A stretch of DNA of 64,000 bases from an uncultured virus (IMG/VR IMGVR_UViG_3300000553_000007) (Duplodnaviria; Heunggongvirae; Uroviricota; Caudoviricetes). Of this stretch, positions 1 through 10,264 are shown one piece after another. The translations under genes and the position numbers were made by a program. Location: the IMG/VR virus record IMGVR_UViG_3300000553_000007; one strand, 5' to 3'. Position 1 is the first letter of the stretch, and each line of letters starts with the position of its first letter. The notes below the pieces were generated by a model that searched no databases, was not told where the DNA came from, and was given only the letters and a program-made list of their open reading frames with translations.

Positions 1-536
1 TCTTCTGCGACGGCCGTAACACCAGTGAATGATGCGGTAATGTTCTTATTATTAATGGTGTAGGAGAATCGTCCTGCGCCATACAATCCGCCGACTGGGG
101 CGTCCGTTGAACCGAGCTTAGCGCCCGTTCCACCGAATAATGATTGATAATACGAACCTGATTTGTCTGCTGGTTCACCACGGGTTGCCGAACCATACTT
201 GAAATCCAAGTAGAATACCAAACCTGATGGTAGATTCATAGGTTGAACTGACACGAATTCCTTCGCGGCAAATTCTGCGAATACACGACGAACTAATGGG
301 AGCGCTACGCCGGCCCATTGTTCTGAGTTTGCGGAAGTTCCAGTTGCGGTAGCTTCTTCAATCAGCTGTTTAGCCTGATTTTCCAAGAGAACTGCCATGT
401 TGGATTTCTCGATATCACTCTTAATACCTTCAAGGAGGCCGGTCTTATCCCACTTGGTCACTAGACCACGGGTTTCCTGCATCAAACGGGCTTGAGGATT
501 TAGAGTATTTGTTAACAATGATTTAATGTTTTCCAT
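1..536 (-). CDS. Major capsid protein, T4 gp23-like (5' part, runs off the window start)
   Basis: Manual translation from ATG at 536: MENIKSLL...KWDKTGLLEG...LLENQAKQL...ALPLVRRVF...VSVQPMNLPSGLVFYLDFKYG. These are typical gp23-family motifs, and the gene lies directly downstream of the scaffold gene. Confidence 0.93.
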   Translation of the reverse strand, partial: MENIKSLLTNTLNPQARLMQETRGLVTKWDKTGLLEGIKSDIEKSNMAVLLENQAKQLIEEATATGTSANSEQWAGVALPLVRRVFAEFAAKEFVSVQPMNLPSGLVFYLDFKYGSATRGEPADKSGSYYQSLFGGTGAKLGSTDAPVGGLYGAGRFSYTINNKNITASFTGVTAVAE

Positions 537-580
537 ACTTTTATTTTTTTCTTTTTTTATTTTTTATTTACTCACTAATA

Positions 581-2134
581 TTACTTCTTGTTAGAAGCAT
601 TTTTCGGCGCATCCTTGATTCCAGCGAGTTTTCTGAATCTTAGAGCCATCTCTCCACCTTCAGTGATTAACTGATTTGGTTTCGTAGATGATACCGGCTT
701 TGATGCGAATCCTTCGGTAATCTGTTTCACAGAAGTTCTTGTTGCTACAGGTCTTGCGGCCTGAGTTCCACGAGCTCTTGTTACTTGTGTACCGAAATTA
801 AGAGACTCCGCCAACAGGGCGTAGGCCAGTTTAACTTCACGAACATTCTTGGTTAAGTCAAATGATTCGACGATTTTCATACGATATGGGTCGTCCAAAA
901 CACCTGCGAATTCTTTAAATAGCTTGTTCGTATAGAGCAATTTAGCATTCAATAGGTTGACTTCATTAATTTGTCCACGGAGGAATTCAATGGTTTTGTA
1001 AGATTCCTTGAGGGCAACCTTATATTGAATAACTTCGGATACCGGTTTGCCGCCGACGGCGCCTGTTCCAATGTTACCATTACCACTGATGTTATGGTTC
1101 TTTCCTTTGAGTTGATTCTTAGAAGCATCTTGTGGAGCAGCTGGATATCCTTTGACTCCGCCGGATTTGTGCGTACCACTCTTGTCGCCTGCAGAATATC
1201 CGGTTTTGACTGATTCATCCATATCTTCTTCAGATTCGTCTTCTTCTTCTTTTTCTTTCTTACCACCCTTTTTCAACCAAGGCGGAAGTTTACCTTCCGA
1301 TACTTTTCCTTCGTCTTCTTCATCTGCTTCTTCATTAAGAGCAGCGAGTAATTCTTCGAGATTGATGTTTTCATCTTCTTCTGGAGTCGTTGGGGCTGCT
1401 GGAGCTGGTTGTTGTCCCATTTCTTCTCCTGGCATTCCACCAGCATTCATGCCTGGTTGAGCTTCGCCGCCTTCTGCGCCTTCTTCTCCACCAACTTCTT
1501 GACCGACTTCTGGGCCGAGGTCAATATTGACTTCTCCGCCTGCGGCTGGGTCTGCGTTGATATCGGTTTCTTGTCCACCGAATTCGTCTCCGTCTGTCGG
1601 AGCTGGAACTTGTTCTCCACCTTCTCTTCCGGCAAAATCTGCTTCAGGAGCCGGTTGTTGTGGTTGTCCTTCTTCTTCATTTCCGACTTCATTTTCCAAT
1701 TCCTGGATAATTTCGTCTAAATCTTCGGAAGTTAATCCTGCTTCGTCCAATTTGGATTCTTCTTCTTCTTCGGCAGTCTCATTGACTTTCTTACCGAGTT
1801 TAGGAACTCCATTCGGGCCTAGTCCTGCTTGGACTGCTTTAAAATCTGTGTCACCTGCTCCACCTTTTGGTGTCTTAGGATTGCCTTTAGATACTGCTTT
1901 GGTCGACGGTCCCTTAGCTTCTCCACCTTTTCCGGAGACTTGATTTGGGGCTTCGACTTCCTGCATCATACCTTCTTCATTCTCTTCGGCTTCCTCTTTT
2001 AGTTTATCGGCAAACATTGCTTCAAAACGAGGGGCGAAGGCTTCTTCAAGAGCTGCTTTAGCGTTGGCGAGGGAAGTTGCCCTTACTGCCTTTGCGTCTG
2101 CAATTGCTTCTTTCAATAGTTCACTATTAATCAT
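581..2134 (-). CDS. Prohead core/scaffolding protein (gp22-like)
   Basis: Very acidic, low-complexity protein immediately upstream of the capsid gene, with N-terminal LLKEAIADAKAVR and a C-terminal coiled coil (LNAKLLYTNKLF). The likely start is MINSELL at 2134, not 2209. Confidence 0.75.
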   Translation of the reverse strand: MINSELLKEAIADAKAVRATSLANAKAALEEAFAPRFEAMFADKLKEEAEENEEGMMQEVEAPNQVSGKGGEAKGPSTKAVSKGNPKTPKGGAGDTDFKAVQAGLGPNGVPKLGKKVNETAEEEEESKLDEAGLTSEDLDEIIQELENEVGNEEEGQPQQPAPEADFAGREGGEQVPAPTDGDEFGGQETDINADPAAGGEVNIDLGPEVGQEVGGEEGAEGGEAQPGMNAGGMPGEEMGQQPAPAAPTTPEEDENINLEELLAALNEEADEEDEGKVSEGKLPPWLKKGGKKEKEEEDESEEDMDESVKTGYSAGDKSGTHKSGGVKGYPAAPQDASKNQLKGKNHNISGNGNIGTGAVGGKPVSEVIQYKVALKESYKTIEFLRGQINEVNLLNAKLLYTNKLFKEFAGVLDDPYRMKIVESFDLTKNVREVKLAYALLAESLNFGTQVTRARGTQAARPVATRTSVKQITEGFASKPVSSTKPNQLITEGGEMALRFRKLAGIKDAPKNASNKK

Positions 2135-2285
2135 AATTTTTATTTTGTGTTCTGAACTTATTAGAAGTCCAATAATATTTGAATTGACCAGAATGGTCTT
2201 TGGCGGCAAAAGATTGTCGCATTTCTAATTGATATATATAATCAAATATTGTAAACATATAAAAATTGTTGATATTTATTGATGT

Positions 2286-2828
2286 ATGATAAAACTCAAA
2301 GATTTAATATCTGAAATAACCTATGATAATTCGGTGTGGTTTCATGGGTCTGCGTCAGTAGATTTGAGGGGAGGGAAAACAGGTCTTCATTTAGGAACTG
2401 CCTCGGCGGCAAAAGAAGCGTTAGAGGCTACTATCGGAATTCCTGTGGAAGGAGAATGGGATGGGACAAGAGAATATGGAAAAACTTTACTTTGTGGTAA
2501 AAATACATTAAAACAAAGAGGAATATTTGCGACTGGATTTAATTGTGATGTTCCTAATGAAGATTTTTATCCTACTTTACCAATGATTCGTAGATGGTCT
2601 TCTTTTATTACATTAACAATGAAACCGGCAATAAAGAAGTATAAAATTATTTGTCCAATGACTAATACAAATACTTCGTTTTATAATGATGGGCCGGCAA
2701 ATGGTTATATGAAAGCATCATTAAAACGAGGAAATGCAAAAAGAGGATTTTATTATAGAAATGTGTCAGAAGACCCAGGTAGTATATCTGCGGTAGTTCC
2801 AAGTGGAAATTGTGTAAAAGAAGTTTAA
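2286..2828 (+). CDS. ADP-ribosyltransferase-fold-like protein (putative)
   Basis: WFHGS, GLHLGT..AA and YYRNVSEDPGSISAV resemble the H-G-S/T and catalytic-strand motifs of ART-like domains; carries an MIKLKDLISE leader. Confidence 0.4.
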   Translation: MIKLKDLISEITYDNSVWFHGSASVDLRGGKTGLHLGTASAAKEALEATIGIPVEGEWDGTREYGKTLLCGKNTLKQRGIFATGFNCDVPNEDFYPTLPMIRRWSSFITLTMKPAIKKYKIICPMTNTNTSFYNDGPANGYMKASLKRGNAKRGFYYRNVSEDPGSISAVVPSGNCVKEV

Positions 2829-2832
2829 TATT

Positions 2833-3618
2833 ATGCATTATAGTGAAGTAAAAAAATATTGCAAAAATTGTAACAGTATAGTTTTTCTTAGAAATAATAG
2901 AGATGTTCTTAAAAAGAAATTTTGTTCACGCAATTGCAATGCACAGTATTACGCAAAACAAAGAATTAAATCCGACCCTACATTTTTAGAACGATTTATA
3001 AGAGCAGGACAAACTGCAGAAGCTAATAAAAAGAAAGGAATTCATCCAAATTATATCCCCACTTACAAAATTCATAACTGTTTAATTTGCAATAAAGAAT
3101 TTAACGTTCAATTAGCTAGACATAATAAAGGATATGGAAAGTGTTGTTCTAAAAAATGTTATTATCAATATTATAAAGTAGATGATATTAAAACACAATG
3201 CATAATTTGTGGAATTGATATATTGGATAAACCGAAGAAAAATAGAAGATATTGTAGTTGTTCTTGTAGAGCTATAGATTCAATATCAAAACAAAAATTT
3301 AAAAATACTGATATAGAATTAAAACTTAAAAAATTTTTAGAACAAGAAAATGTTTCGTTTCAATTCCAACCTTTAATAAAAGATATAGTAAATGCCGACT
3401 TTTTGGTTTATCCGAACATAGTTATATTTGCGGACGGTGACTATTGGCATAGTTTACCCCACGCAATAAAACGTGATATAGAAGTAGATAAAAAATTATT
3501 AGAAAATAATTATAAAATATTGCGATTTAAAGGAAGTGAAATTAATAAAAATTTTGAAGTGGTAAAAACTAAAATAAAGGAGATTTGTCATGCCGTCCAT
3601 CAGTCAAAAACAACGTAG
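2833..3618 (+). CDS. Putative homing endonuclease: Cys-rich zinc-finger repeats plus a Vsr/DUF559-like nuclease domain
   Basis: Three CxxC...CSxxC repeats followed by TDIE...ADF...DGDYWH...D...L...ILRF. Confidence 0.7.
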   Translation: MHYSEVKKYCKNCNSIVFLRNNRDVLKKKFCSRNCNAQYYAKQRIKSDPTFLERFIRAGQTAEANKKKGIHPNYIPTYKIHNCLICNKEFNVQLARHNKGYGKCCSKKCYYQYYKVDDIKTQCIICGIDILDKPKKNRRYCSCSCRAIDSISKQKFKNTDIELKLKKFLEQENVSFQFQPLIKDIVNADFLVYPNIVIFADGDYWHSLPHAIKRDIEVDKKLLENNYKILRFKGSEINKNFEVVKTKIKEICHAVHQSKTT

Positions 3619-4327
3619 ATTTTTTCAAGCCGTTAAAGGTGCCAAACACAATCCTAACGCTCCTGCTAATCTAAGAAAGGTGGCAAATTCAATGAGTGAG
3701 AAGGATATCGACGATTTCATTAAATGTGAATCGGAATTTAAAACCAAGAAGGCAATCCTATCGGTTTTAAAGGATATCGCAGAGCCGACTTATCTAAATG
3801 AGGGAGATGAAGGAGATTCATCTATAGACCCAGTGGCAGATACATTTCATAAAAAAGATGAGTGGGCAACTTATATAAAACCATATATCGGTCAACCGTT
3901 TACACCAAAAGAATTAGAAACGATAGGAAATTTTAAAGAAAAACAACCAACTACGACTGCTAGAACCGAACTTTGGTATAAGACTACTGATTCCTTCGGT
4001 ATTAGTCATACGACCGTAATTAAGAAAATGAAAGATAGTGGACAATTTTCTTATACCGCTTTTCAAAAACAAGAACGTCCGACCCCAGGTGGAGAATCTG
4101 GAGATGTCGATAAACAGACGCCGGTTGCCAGTGGTATGGATGCCGGCGGCCCAAGTGAAGAACCCCAAGGACAGTTGCCTCCTGGCTCACCCACCCCTCC
4201 ATCAGAAGAGCCGGCTAAGGCCGAAGTTGAGAAGGATGATATCACTGTCACAAAATCAATTCTATTTAAAGATGATATCAAAGGAGCCTCGATTTTGATT
4301 GCATTCCTAAAGAAATTGGATTTATAA
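3590..4327 (+). CDS. Hypothetical protein (possibly virion/head-associated)
   Basis: 245-aa ORF in the plus-strand block with a Pro/Gly-rich insert; no recognisable catalytic motif. Confidence 0.6.
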   Translation: MPSISQKQRRFFQAVKGAKHNPNAPANLRKVANSMSEKDIDDFIKCESEFKTKKAILSVLKDIAEPTYLNEGDEGDSSIDPVADTFHKKDEWATYIKPYIGQPFTPKELETIGNFKEKQPTTTARTELWYKTTDSFGISHTTVIKKMKDSGQFSYTAFQKQERPTPGGESGDVDKQTPVASGMDAGGPSEEPQGQLPPGSPTPPSEEPAKAEVEKDDITVTKSILFKDDIKGASILIAFLKKLDL

Positions 4328-4328
4328 T

Positions 4329-5045
4329 ATGATTAAATTGATGGATTTAATAATGGAGAGTCAAGAAAAATCTAAAGGATATCTTAATATTATTAATAAT
4401 TCAAATTTTAAAAAATGGTTTGGTTATAGTAAAGTGGTTGATACGCAAGGAAATCCCATGATTGTTTTTCATGGAACCAAATCTCCACCAAAAAATTTTT
4501 CAAAAAAAAGAATAGGGTTTGGTTCTACAATATTAGGAAATTATGAAGTAGAAAGACATGGTATTTTTGCCGCAGAAGACTCCCAATTAGCCCACGAATT
4601 CGTCACTGCTGGTGATTATGAAAACGAACGTGATTTTGGTCATTCTATTATGCCATTATTTATGAAAATAGAATCTCCATTAGATACCACTAAAATGTAT
4701 TATACCGACGCATTATTTAATACTGTAGAAGATTGGGGAAATGAACATAAAGAATGGTTTAATAATAAAGAAGATAAATATAACGGATACCGACTCGCCC
4801 GAATATTAGGAGATAAATGGAGTTCTAAGATGTGGTTATTGTTTGATAAAGATGAAGGAAATGACCCTGAAATGTGGATTTCTATGTTTAAAGATTTAGG
4901 ATATGATGGATTAAAAATATACGAAAGGTCAGAATTAGAAAATAATACATCGTGGGTAGCATTTGAACCAGAACAAGTTAAATCGGCAATAGGTAATACC
5001 GGCGAATTTAGCAATGACTCAAATATTTTGAAAGAAAAATTATGA
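4329..5045 (+). CDS. ART-PolyVal-like ADP-ribosyltransferase domain protein
   Basis: FKKWFGYSKVVDTQGNPMIVFHGT...GIFAA...MPLFMKIESPLD...LGYDG...WVAFEPEQVKSAIGNTGEFS matches the ART-like domain of phage polyvalent proteins. Confidence 0.7.
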   Translation: MIKLMDLIMESQEKSKGYLNIINNSNFKKWFGYSKVVDTQGNPMIVFHGTKSPPKNFSKKRIGFGSTILGNYEVERHGIFAAEDSQLAHEFVTAGDYENERDFGHSIMPLFMKIESPLDTTKMYYTDALFNTVEDWGNEHKEWFNNKEDKYNGYRLARILGDKWSSKMWLLFDKDEGNDPEMWISMFKDLGYDGLKIYERSELENNTSWVAFEPEQVKSAIGNTGEFSNDSNILKEKL

Positions 5046-5350
5046 TAAAACTAATGGAATTACTAAATACAATTCGTCAAGAAAATGAAGAAGGATTGGT
5101 GCCTGTCGATAATTGGTCGGCGCAACACGCAATGTATTTGGAGGATATGGGATTTAAAAATGATGGAATTTATCATTATTCTTTAAAAAAACCAGAAATA
5201 AAATTAAGTTATAAAAAAGGTATGGGATTTATAGTTGATGATAAGGTAAAAAATGAAAAAACTACACTCCCAAAATTCAAAGATGTAGAAGAGTTTTTTA
5301 TGAATTATAAACAACAATTTGATAATACTCCGTATGAAGACAGAAAATAA
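5042..5350 (+). CDS. Hypothetical protein with an MIKL leader
   Basis: 102-aa ORF that overlaps the upstream gene (ATGA). Confidence 0.6.
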   Translation: MIKLMELLNTIRQENEEGLVPVDNWSAQHAMYLEDMGFKNDGIYHYSLKKPEIKLSYKKGMGFIVDDKVKNEKTTLPKFKDVEEFFMNYKQQFDNTPYEDRK

Positions 5351-6032
5351 ACAATATAAAAGAAACTGTCCTAAATGTGGAAAAGAGTTATTCTATAAGA
5401 TAGAACGTTCTTGTATTAATGCTAATAAAATTAATTCTATGTGTTGTAGTTGTGCAAATAGAATAATATCTACAAATAGAATTCCGTCAAATGGATTTGG
5501 GTTTCTTGGAAGAAAACATTCGGATATTACTAAGAAGAAAATGTCTAATTCGCAACTTGGAGAAAAAAATCATATGTATGGAAAAAGACATTCTATCGAG
5601 CAAAATATAAAAAATTCAAATATCCAAAAAGAAAGATATCTTAATCCAGAAGTAAGAAAGAAAACTTCCAAAATGACAAAATTGGCATTAAATAAACCAG
5701 AAATTAGAAAGAGACATCTAATTGCGATGGCCGAAACAAAATATTTAGGTCGTAAAACAGATAAAGGGCAATTAGAATTTTTAGAAAAATGGAATAGATT
5801 GGGATTCAATTTTATTCCAAATTATCAAGTTCATACTGATTTAGATTTATTCTATATTGATGGATATGACCCAATTCATCAAATTGTAATAGAATACGAT
5901 ACAAAATACCATAAAAGATTGGGTCAAATAGAAAAAGATTTAGTAAGACAACAAAAAATCATTGAAATTCTTAAACCAAAGAAGTTCTGGAGATACAATT
6001 CAGAAGACAAACAATTTAAGAGTATTTCATAA
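5334..6032 (+). CDS. NUMOD3-containing putative homing endonuclease
   Basis: KRNCPKC zinc finger, NUMOD3-like repeats (GRKHSDITKKKMS; NHMYGKRHS) and a C-terminal IDGYD...IEYD...YH nuclease domain. Confidence 0.7.
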   Translation: MKTENKQYKRNCPKCGKELFYKIERSCINANKINSMCCSCANRIISTNRIPSNGFGFLGRKHSDITKKKMSNSQLGEKNHMYGKRHSIEQNIKNSNIQKERYLNPEVRKKTSKMTKLALNKPEIRKRHLIAMAETKYLGRKTDKGQLEFLEKWNRLGFNFIPNYQVHTDLDLFYIDGYDPIHQIVIEYDTKYHKRLGQIEKDLVRQQKIIEILKPKKFWRYNSEDKQFKSIS

Positions 6033-6054
6033 ATTCAACCATATTTATAACCAT

Positions 6055-6585
6055 ATGAACAAATTTGAAAATTTAGAAGTCAAGCAATTTAGTCTTAAAC
6101 AAATAGTTGAAAATCTTGGAAAGATTCCTGCTGACGGGGGAGCGAAATTTGGCAACGACCAACAGAAGCTATCACCACAACAGAAAAAAGAGTTGATGGA
6201 GAAAGTTCGTAAATTCAATGAATATGGTAAAGTATTACGATGTGAAACCGCTCTTATGGAAATGTCAAAGACATTGGCTGAGATTGGTCAGATGGCAGAA
6301 TCGTATGCTATGACAGAATCCGGCGATTACTTCCAAGCCGAAACCGTCAAGAGAGATTTCGGTGACGTAAAGAAAATCACAAAAGACTTTTCAAAACTAT
6401 CAAGAGAATGTTACGGCGGACTCCAACAATTGAATGCTCTCTATGAGGATATGGGAAGAAAGATGGAACGTTATTTTGAAATATCTTCTTTAGAAGAAAT
6501 CGCATCAGCTATAAATCCTCAACAGAAATCATCTCCGGCTCCTGTAGTCGGTGAAGTCGCACGTGAAGAGGAAGAAGGATTCTAA
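6055..6585 (+). CDS. Hypothetical helical protein
   Basis: ATG at 6055 lies 5 nt downstream of a TATTTATA motif; last gene of the plus-strand block. Confidence 0.6.
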   Translation: MNKFENLEVKQFSLKQIVENLGKIPADGGAKFGNDQQKLSPQQKKELMEKVRKFNEYGKVLRCETALMEMSKTLAEIGQMAESYAMTESGDYFQAETVKRDFGDVKKITKDFSKLSRECYGGLQQLNALYEDMGRKMERYFEISSLEEIASAINPQQKSSPAPVVGEVAREEEEGF

Positions 6586-6625
6586 TATTACAATTTGTTC
6601 GGAATGGGGAGAACGGTCAGTTTAA

Positions 6626-7198
6626 TTACTGGCCGTTTTCTTTTTTCACAGGCCAAACATAAGGAATATTATCAGGTTCAGACCAATTGAATTGGGCATA
6701 ATAATTTTTTTGAAGTTCCAACCCCTCGGATTTTATAATACATTCCAATCGAAGTATGTCTTCTGATTTGAATACATTTTTAACCGGAAATCCATTTTCA
6801 ACTAACCACGTATTTATACTTCTGACTTTAAGATGGGACTTTAAGGTTATTGCAGCGGCGTCAACACGGCCTTTAAATAAAAGTCTAGAACGATGACTCG
6901 AATGAATTTCTTCCTTACCAAGCCAAGACGGCAAAACGAGAAGCGCAGGATATGTGGTTGCCCTACCTTTGAATCCACGGATTTTACATTCCTCCGAACT
7001 ACAGTAGATGTAAAGTTCCAATGCCTTTTCATAACCTTTCCACTGTAATACCGCTGGGTGGTTTGCCCAACCTTTTGCCGTCGGATTATTGAGGACTTTT
7101 AGGATTTGTTCTGCTTCGGTTTGTTGTTTACGCAGTCGTGACCCGTCGAGGACTTTTAGAGATTGAACGAAACTGGCGAATGGTAAAAATGTTTGCAT
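6626..7198 (-). CDS. Pyrimidine dimer DNA glycosylase/endonuclease V-like (MSMEG_6728 family)
   Basis: MQTFLP...LDGSRLRKQ..EA.QIL...GWANHPAV.QWKGYE.AL...HSSHRSRLL.K...YVWP. Confidence 0.8.
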   Translation of the reverse strand: MQTFLPFASFVQSLKVLDGSRLRKQQTEAEQILKVLNNPTAKGWANHPAVLQWKGYEKALELYIYCSSEECKIRGFKGRATTYPALLVLPSWLGKEEIHSSHRSRLLFKGRVDAAAITLKSHLKVRSINTWLVENGFPVKNVFKSEDILRLECIIKSEGLELQKNYYAQFNWSEPDNIPYVWPVKKENGQ

Positions 7199-7249
7199 GA
7201 CGTTATTATACATCATCGTCTACCACTGGCAACTTCCTTTTTTTATTTC

Positions 7250-7681
7250 TCACTTGTATTTATTTTTGACGACTACTAATTGCCCAATGACGTAACTATT
7301 AGGATAACAGAGATTCCAAAATTCGGATTTCAATTCATGTCCATGAAATATATGGATGTACAAAGCCACAGCCGAACTACGACTTATACCAGCAGAACAA
7401 TGGATTATAAAATTTTTATCCTTATTGATATTTATGAAATTTAGAATTTTTAAAGCCAATTCAACTGATAACGGATTATAGGCTCTTCCATCGTAACTAT
7501 CAAATTGTTTAGCGGTGATATCTGAGAATTGTAAGGTTAAAATATCCTTGGTATTATTTCTATCAAGATTTAATCTATGCAATTCTTCGTGTTCATTATT
7601 TATGGAAATAAGAACCGTATTATTAGGAAGTGTATGTATTGTTTCTGCTTCCACACAGGATATATTTGTAGCTGTTAACAT
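7250..7681 (-). CDS. Protein tyrosine/dual-specificity phosphatase-like protein
   Basis: CX5R motif IHCSAGISRSSAVA, with an upstream LQFSD acid loop and a downstream PN. Confidence 0.8.
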   Translation of the reverse strand: MLTATNISCVEAETIHTLPNNTVLISINNEHEELHRLNLDRNNTKDILTLQFSDITAKQFDSYDGRAYNPLSVELALKILNFININKDKNFIIHCSAGISRSSAVALYIHIFHGHELKSEFWNLCYPNSYVIGQLVVVKNKYK

Positions 7682-8017
7682 TTATAAGGTGTTCTTTGTT
7701 TTCTTTTTATTTCGCTTCTTATTCCGTTCTGGCATTTCTGTTATGAAGGAACCGATATTACTCTTGATGTGAATGCCATTCAAATGGGCGAATGTCCAAC
7801 ATCTATCTTTGTCGTCGGATGTAAAGAAGACCGCAGGACTTCCTTTATCGTCATAACCTTGAAAAAAGGCCACGACCAATTCTTTCTTTCCACCAACATC
7901 AATTTCACTTTCTCCGACACATATCAAAAATAATTCGTTTAAACTTTTTATTTCTTCGGACGATTTAAATTTAATTCCCAAATTTCTCCAATTAGTTATT
8001 AACTCTTTATTAGTCAT
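7682..8017 (-). CDS. Hypothetical protein
   Basis: 111-aa ORF abutting its neighbours in the same orientation. Confidence 0.55.
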   Translation of the reverse strand: MTNKELITNWRNLGIKFKSSEEIKSLNELFLICVGESEIDVGGKKELVVAFFQGYDDKGSPAVFFTSDDKDRCWTFAHLNGIHIKSNIGSFITEMPERNKKRNKKKTKNTL

Positions 8018-8018
8018 T

Positions 8019-8921
8019 TTATATAATACGTTTTAATTCTCCCGTCCAAACTATAAATCTTAAAAATTCTTTTAATGGATTTCCAATAGATTCATAATAT
8101 TTTATAATATTATTTTGTCTTATTAAGTCTTCTTTTTGTTGTGAGTGATATTTGTGATACAAACTGTCATATTCAATCCACGAATGCAAATTTTCATCAT
8201 ATCCATCGGCGTCATAACCAACATTTAAAAATCTACGGGGTTTATAATTTGTATTGTGTTCTTTATTATATTTTTCAAACCATTCTCTTGAGCCTTCATC
8301 AACTTTTGTTCCTATACCCAATCGTTTAAGTCTTTCTAATAAAGAAATTCTTATTTTTCTTTTATGTTCTTCTGAAAGTTTCTTTCCATAATGACAACTT
8401 TTAACTCCTAACTGACTTTTGGATAAATTTAATCTATGCGTTTCTGAGAAGATTTTTGTTTTTCCAGATTCGCTTAATTTTTTTCTTGTTTCATCTGAAA
8501 ATGTTCTATTTTTAGCAACACAACTTCCACAAATAGTTTTATTTCTTAAACAATCAGTCAAATATTTTAAAGAAGAATATTCTTGAATTTTACCGCATTT
8601 AGGACAGTTTTTAATATACGGACCATTATTTTTTCTCAAATGGGCTTTAAGACCCAAAACTTTAGTATAACACTTTTTACAAACGGAATTAAGTTTTGTG
8701 GATTTATCATAAGAACGTTTTGTAGAATATTGATGTTCGGTTCCACATTTAGGACAATTTCTTTTCCAAATCTTTTTGTTCCCAGTATTTTCGCATGTTT
8801 TCTTTACAAATTCGTTTTTTGTTTCGTTGATACCAACGTTTTGAACGAATGTTGGTCTGTTCTCTGATTTCGTCTTCGGTTCTGTGGAGTTTCTTTCTTC
8901 CCATAATGTCATATCTTTCAT
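8019..8921 (-). CDS. NUMOD3-containing putative homing endonuclease (paralog of 5334..6032)
   Basis: Two NCPKCG zinc fingers, NUMOD3-like repeats and ADGYD...IEYD..YH...DL.RQ..II. The likely start is 8921. Confidence 0.7.
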   Translation of the reverse strand: MKDMTLWEERNSTEPKTKSENRPTFVQNVGINETKNEFVKKTCENTGNKKIWKRNCPKCGTEHQYSTKRSYDKSTKLNSVCKKCYTKVLGLKAHLRKNNGPYIKNCPKCGKIQEYSSLKYLTDCLRNKTICGSCVAKNRTFSDETRKKLSESGKTKIFSETHRLNLSKSQLGVKSCHYGKKLSEEHKRKIRISLLERLKRLGIGTKVDEGSREWFEKYNKEHNTNYKPRRFLNVGYDADGYDENLHSWIEYDSLYHKYHSQQKEDLIRQNNIIKYYESIGNPLKEFLRFIVWTGELKRII

Positions 8922-8953
8922 ACCATATAAATATGGCGTCAAAATATAAAACG

Positions 8954-9097
8954 TCAAAATGTTTTATGAATTTTATTAATAAATTCTTTACATTTCTTCT
9001 TAGACTTTAAAATCTTTTTGGCTGCCCGTTTAATGGATTTTATTTCTTCATGAATTTCTTTCGATGATTGGAATTTTTCTGAAATAAATTTGTTCAT
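8954..9097 (-). CDS. Small basic hypothetical protein
   Basis: MNKFISEKF... 47 aa, starting just after the stop of the upstream gene. Confidence 0.4.
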   Translation of the reverse strand: MNKFISEKFQSSKEIHEEIKSIKRAAKKILKSKKKCKEFINKIHKTF

Positions 9098-9098
9098 A

Positions 9099-10217
9099 TT
9101 ATTTGTGATAATTCTCATACAAACTATGATATAGTTCGTTAATTTTCTCATAATCTACAGATTTTGGTAACGTAGTTGTTTTGTATGCGGTGTCTAATTT
9201 AGATTGAAATTCGGTTGCATATTCCATCAATTTATCATATGACCATCCTCCATTTTTAATATGAAGAATCTCTTCCGCATCGGGCCTTTTTACAATAACT
9301 TTATGGTCATTCAAAATTTCTAATCCCATTCTAAGCAGACGGACTAAGTGAGAACCGTGTTTGCAATCGTATTGATACTTGACTTCAAGTTCGTGTCTGG
9401 CTGGATTACGGTTCTTTTTCCAGTTAAGCCAAGATTTATATGATTCAGTTTCTTTTTTAAATTGCCGTTCACGATTAATTATATCTACTACTTCATCTTT
9501 TAAATTGTATTCAGTTGCCAATCGTTCAACAACTCCATCTCCATAAATAGATGGCCAATTGCCTTCATTTATTTCAAGATTTGAAAGAGTGTATATTAGT
9601 TCCCATATTGTAGATTTTAAATCGTCCCGTTGCATTTCATCTAACGGATATTGAGTTAAATTCCAACGTTCAACTTCTGATTTTATTAATCCAAACGCTT
9701 CTTGTATTTGTGGTGGTGTATGAGGAGGAAGACCAAAATCTTCTCGTTTTGGTTCTTGTAATTCTCCCTTCACAATCCATTTTCTATGTCTTTCTATTTT
9801 ATGTAATTGTGCCCATGCGTATCCTGAAAATGTAAACTTTGCCTTAGAAGATAGAAATAAATCTCTATTTTCCATCAAAGCTTCCATAGGACTCTTGAAC
9901 ACGAAATGGTCGGCTGGGTCCGTCCATAATACTTCGATGATGTTTGGATTGACGTTGGCCGCCAAGACCATGAACTTCTTCAAAGAATAAAGAGAAGACT
10001 CAAACTTCGGATTCTTGGGATTCTTTAAATATTCTAAAGATGTCTCAAGTTCCTTGTTATCAATCGCCTGTTCAAATTTGTGAAAAAGGTTGTTCTCGAC
10101 GTCCCTTGGGGGGATGACGATGCCCTTAACATCCACGTCAGACAGTTCATTGTTCAAACCGTAAGCCTGTGAACCGTGTAAGGTCACATAAATTGTATTT
10201 GGGACTAGCCATTTCAT
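9099..10217 (-). CDS. DNA polymerase beta-superfamily nucleotidyltransferase (RlaP/YcgL-like)
   Basis: HGSQAYGL...SDVDVKG, NPNIIEVL, FSGYA..QL, YDCKHGSHLVRLL.MG.EIL and IKNG motifs. Confidence 0.85.
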   Translation of the reverse strand: MKWLVPNTIYVTLHGSQAYGLNNELSDVDVKGIVIPPRDVENNLFHKFEQAIDNKELETSLEYLKNPKNPKFESSLYSLKKFMVLAANVNPNIIEVLWTDPADHFVFKSPMEALMENRDLFLSSKAKFTFSGYAWAQLHKIERHRKWIVKGELQEPKREDFGLPPHTPPQIQEAFGLIKSEVERWNLTQYPLDEMQRDDLKSTIWELIYTLSNLEINEGNWPSIYGDGVVERLATEYNLKDEVVDIINRERQFKKETESYKSWLNWKKNRNPARHELEVKYQYDCKHGSHLVRLLRMGLEILNDHKVIVKRPDAEEILHIKNGGWSYDKLMEYATEFQSKLDTAYKTTTLPKSVDYEKINELYHSLYENYHK

Positions 10218-10226
10218 AATAGTAAG

Positions 10227-10254
10227 ATTCTATAGGAGATTTTATAAATGTCAA
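10227..10254 (-). promoter_or_regulatory. Sigma70-like promoter (TTGACA-N16-TAGAAT)
   Basis: Read directly, just upstream of the nucleotidyltransferase start at 10217. Confidence 0.55.
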
Positions 10255-10264
10255 GCGTTCGTCA

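Noticed and set aside
949..1943. Several short ORFs overlapping the scaffold gene (and similar shadow ORFs elsewhere)
   Set aside because: They are alternate-frame or antisense by-products of long genes with biased codon usage.
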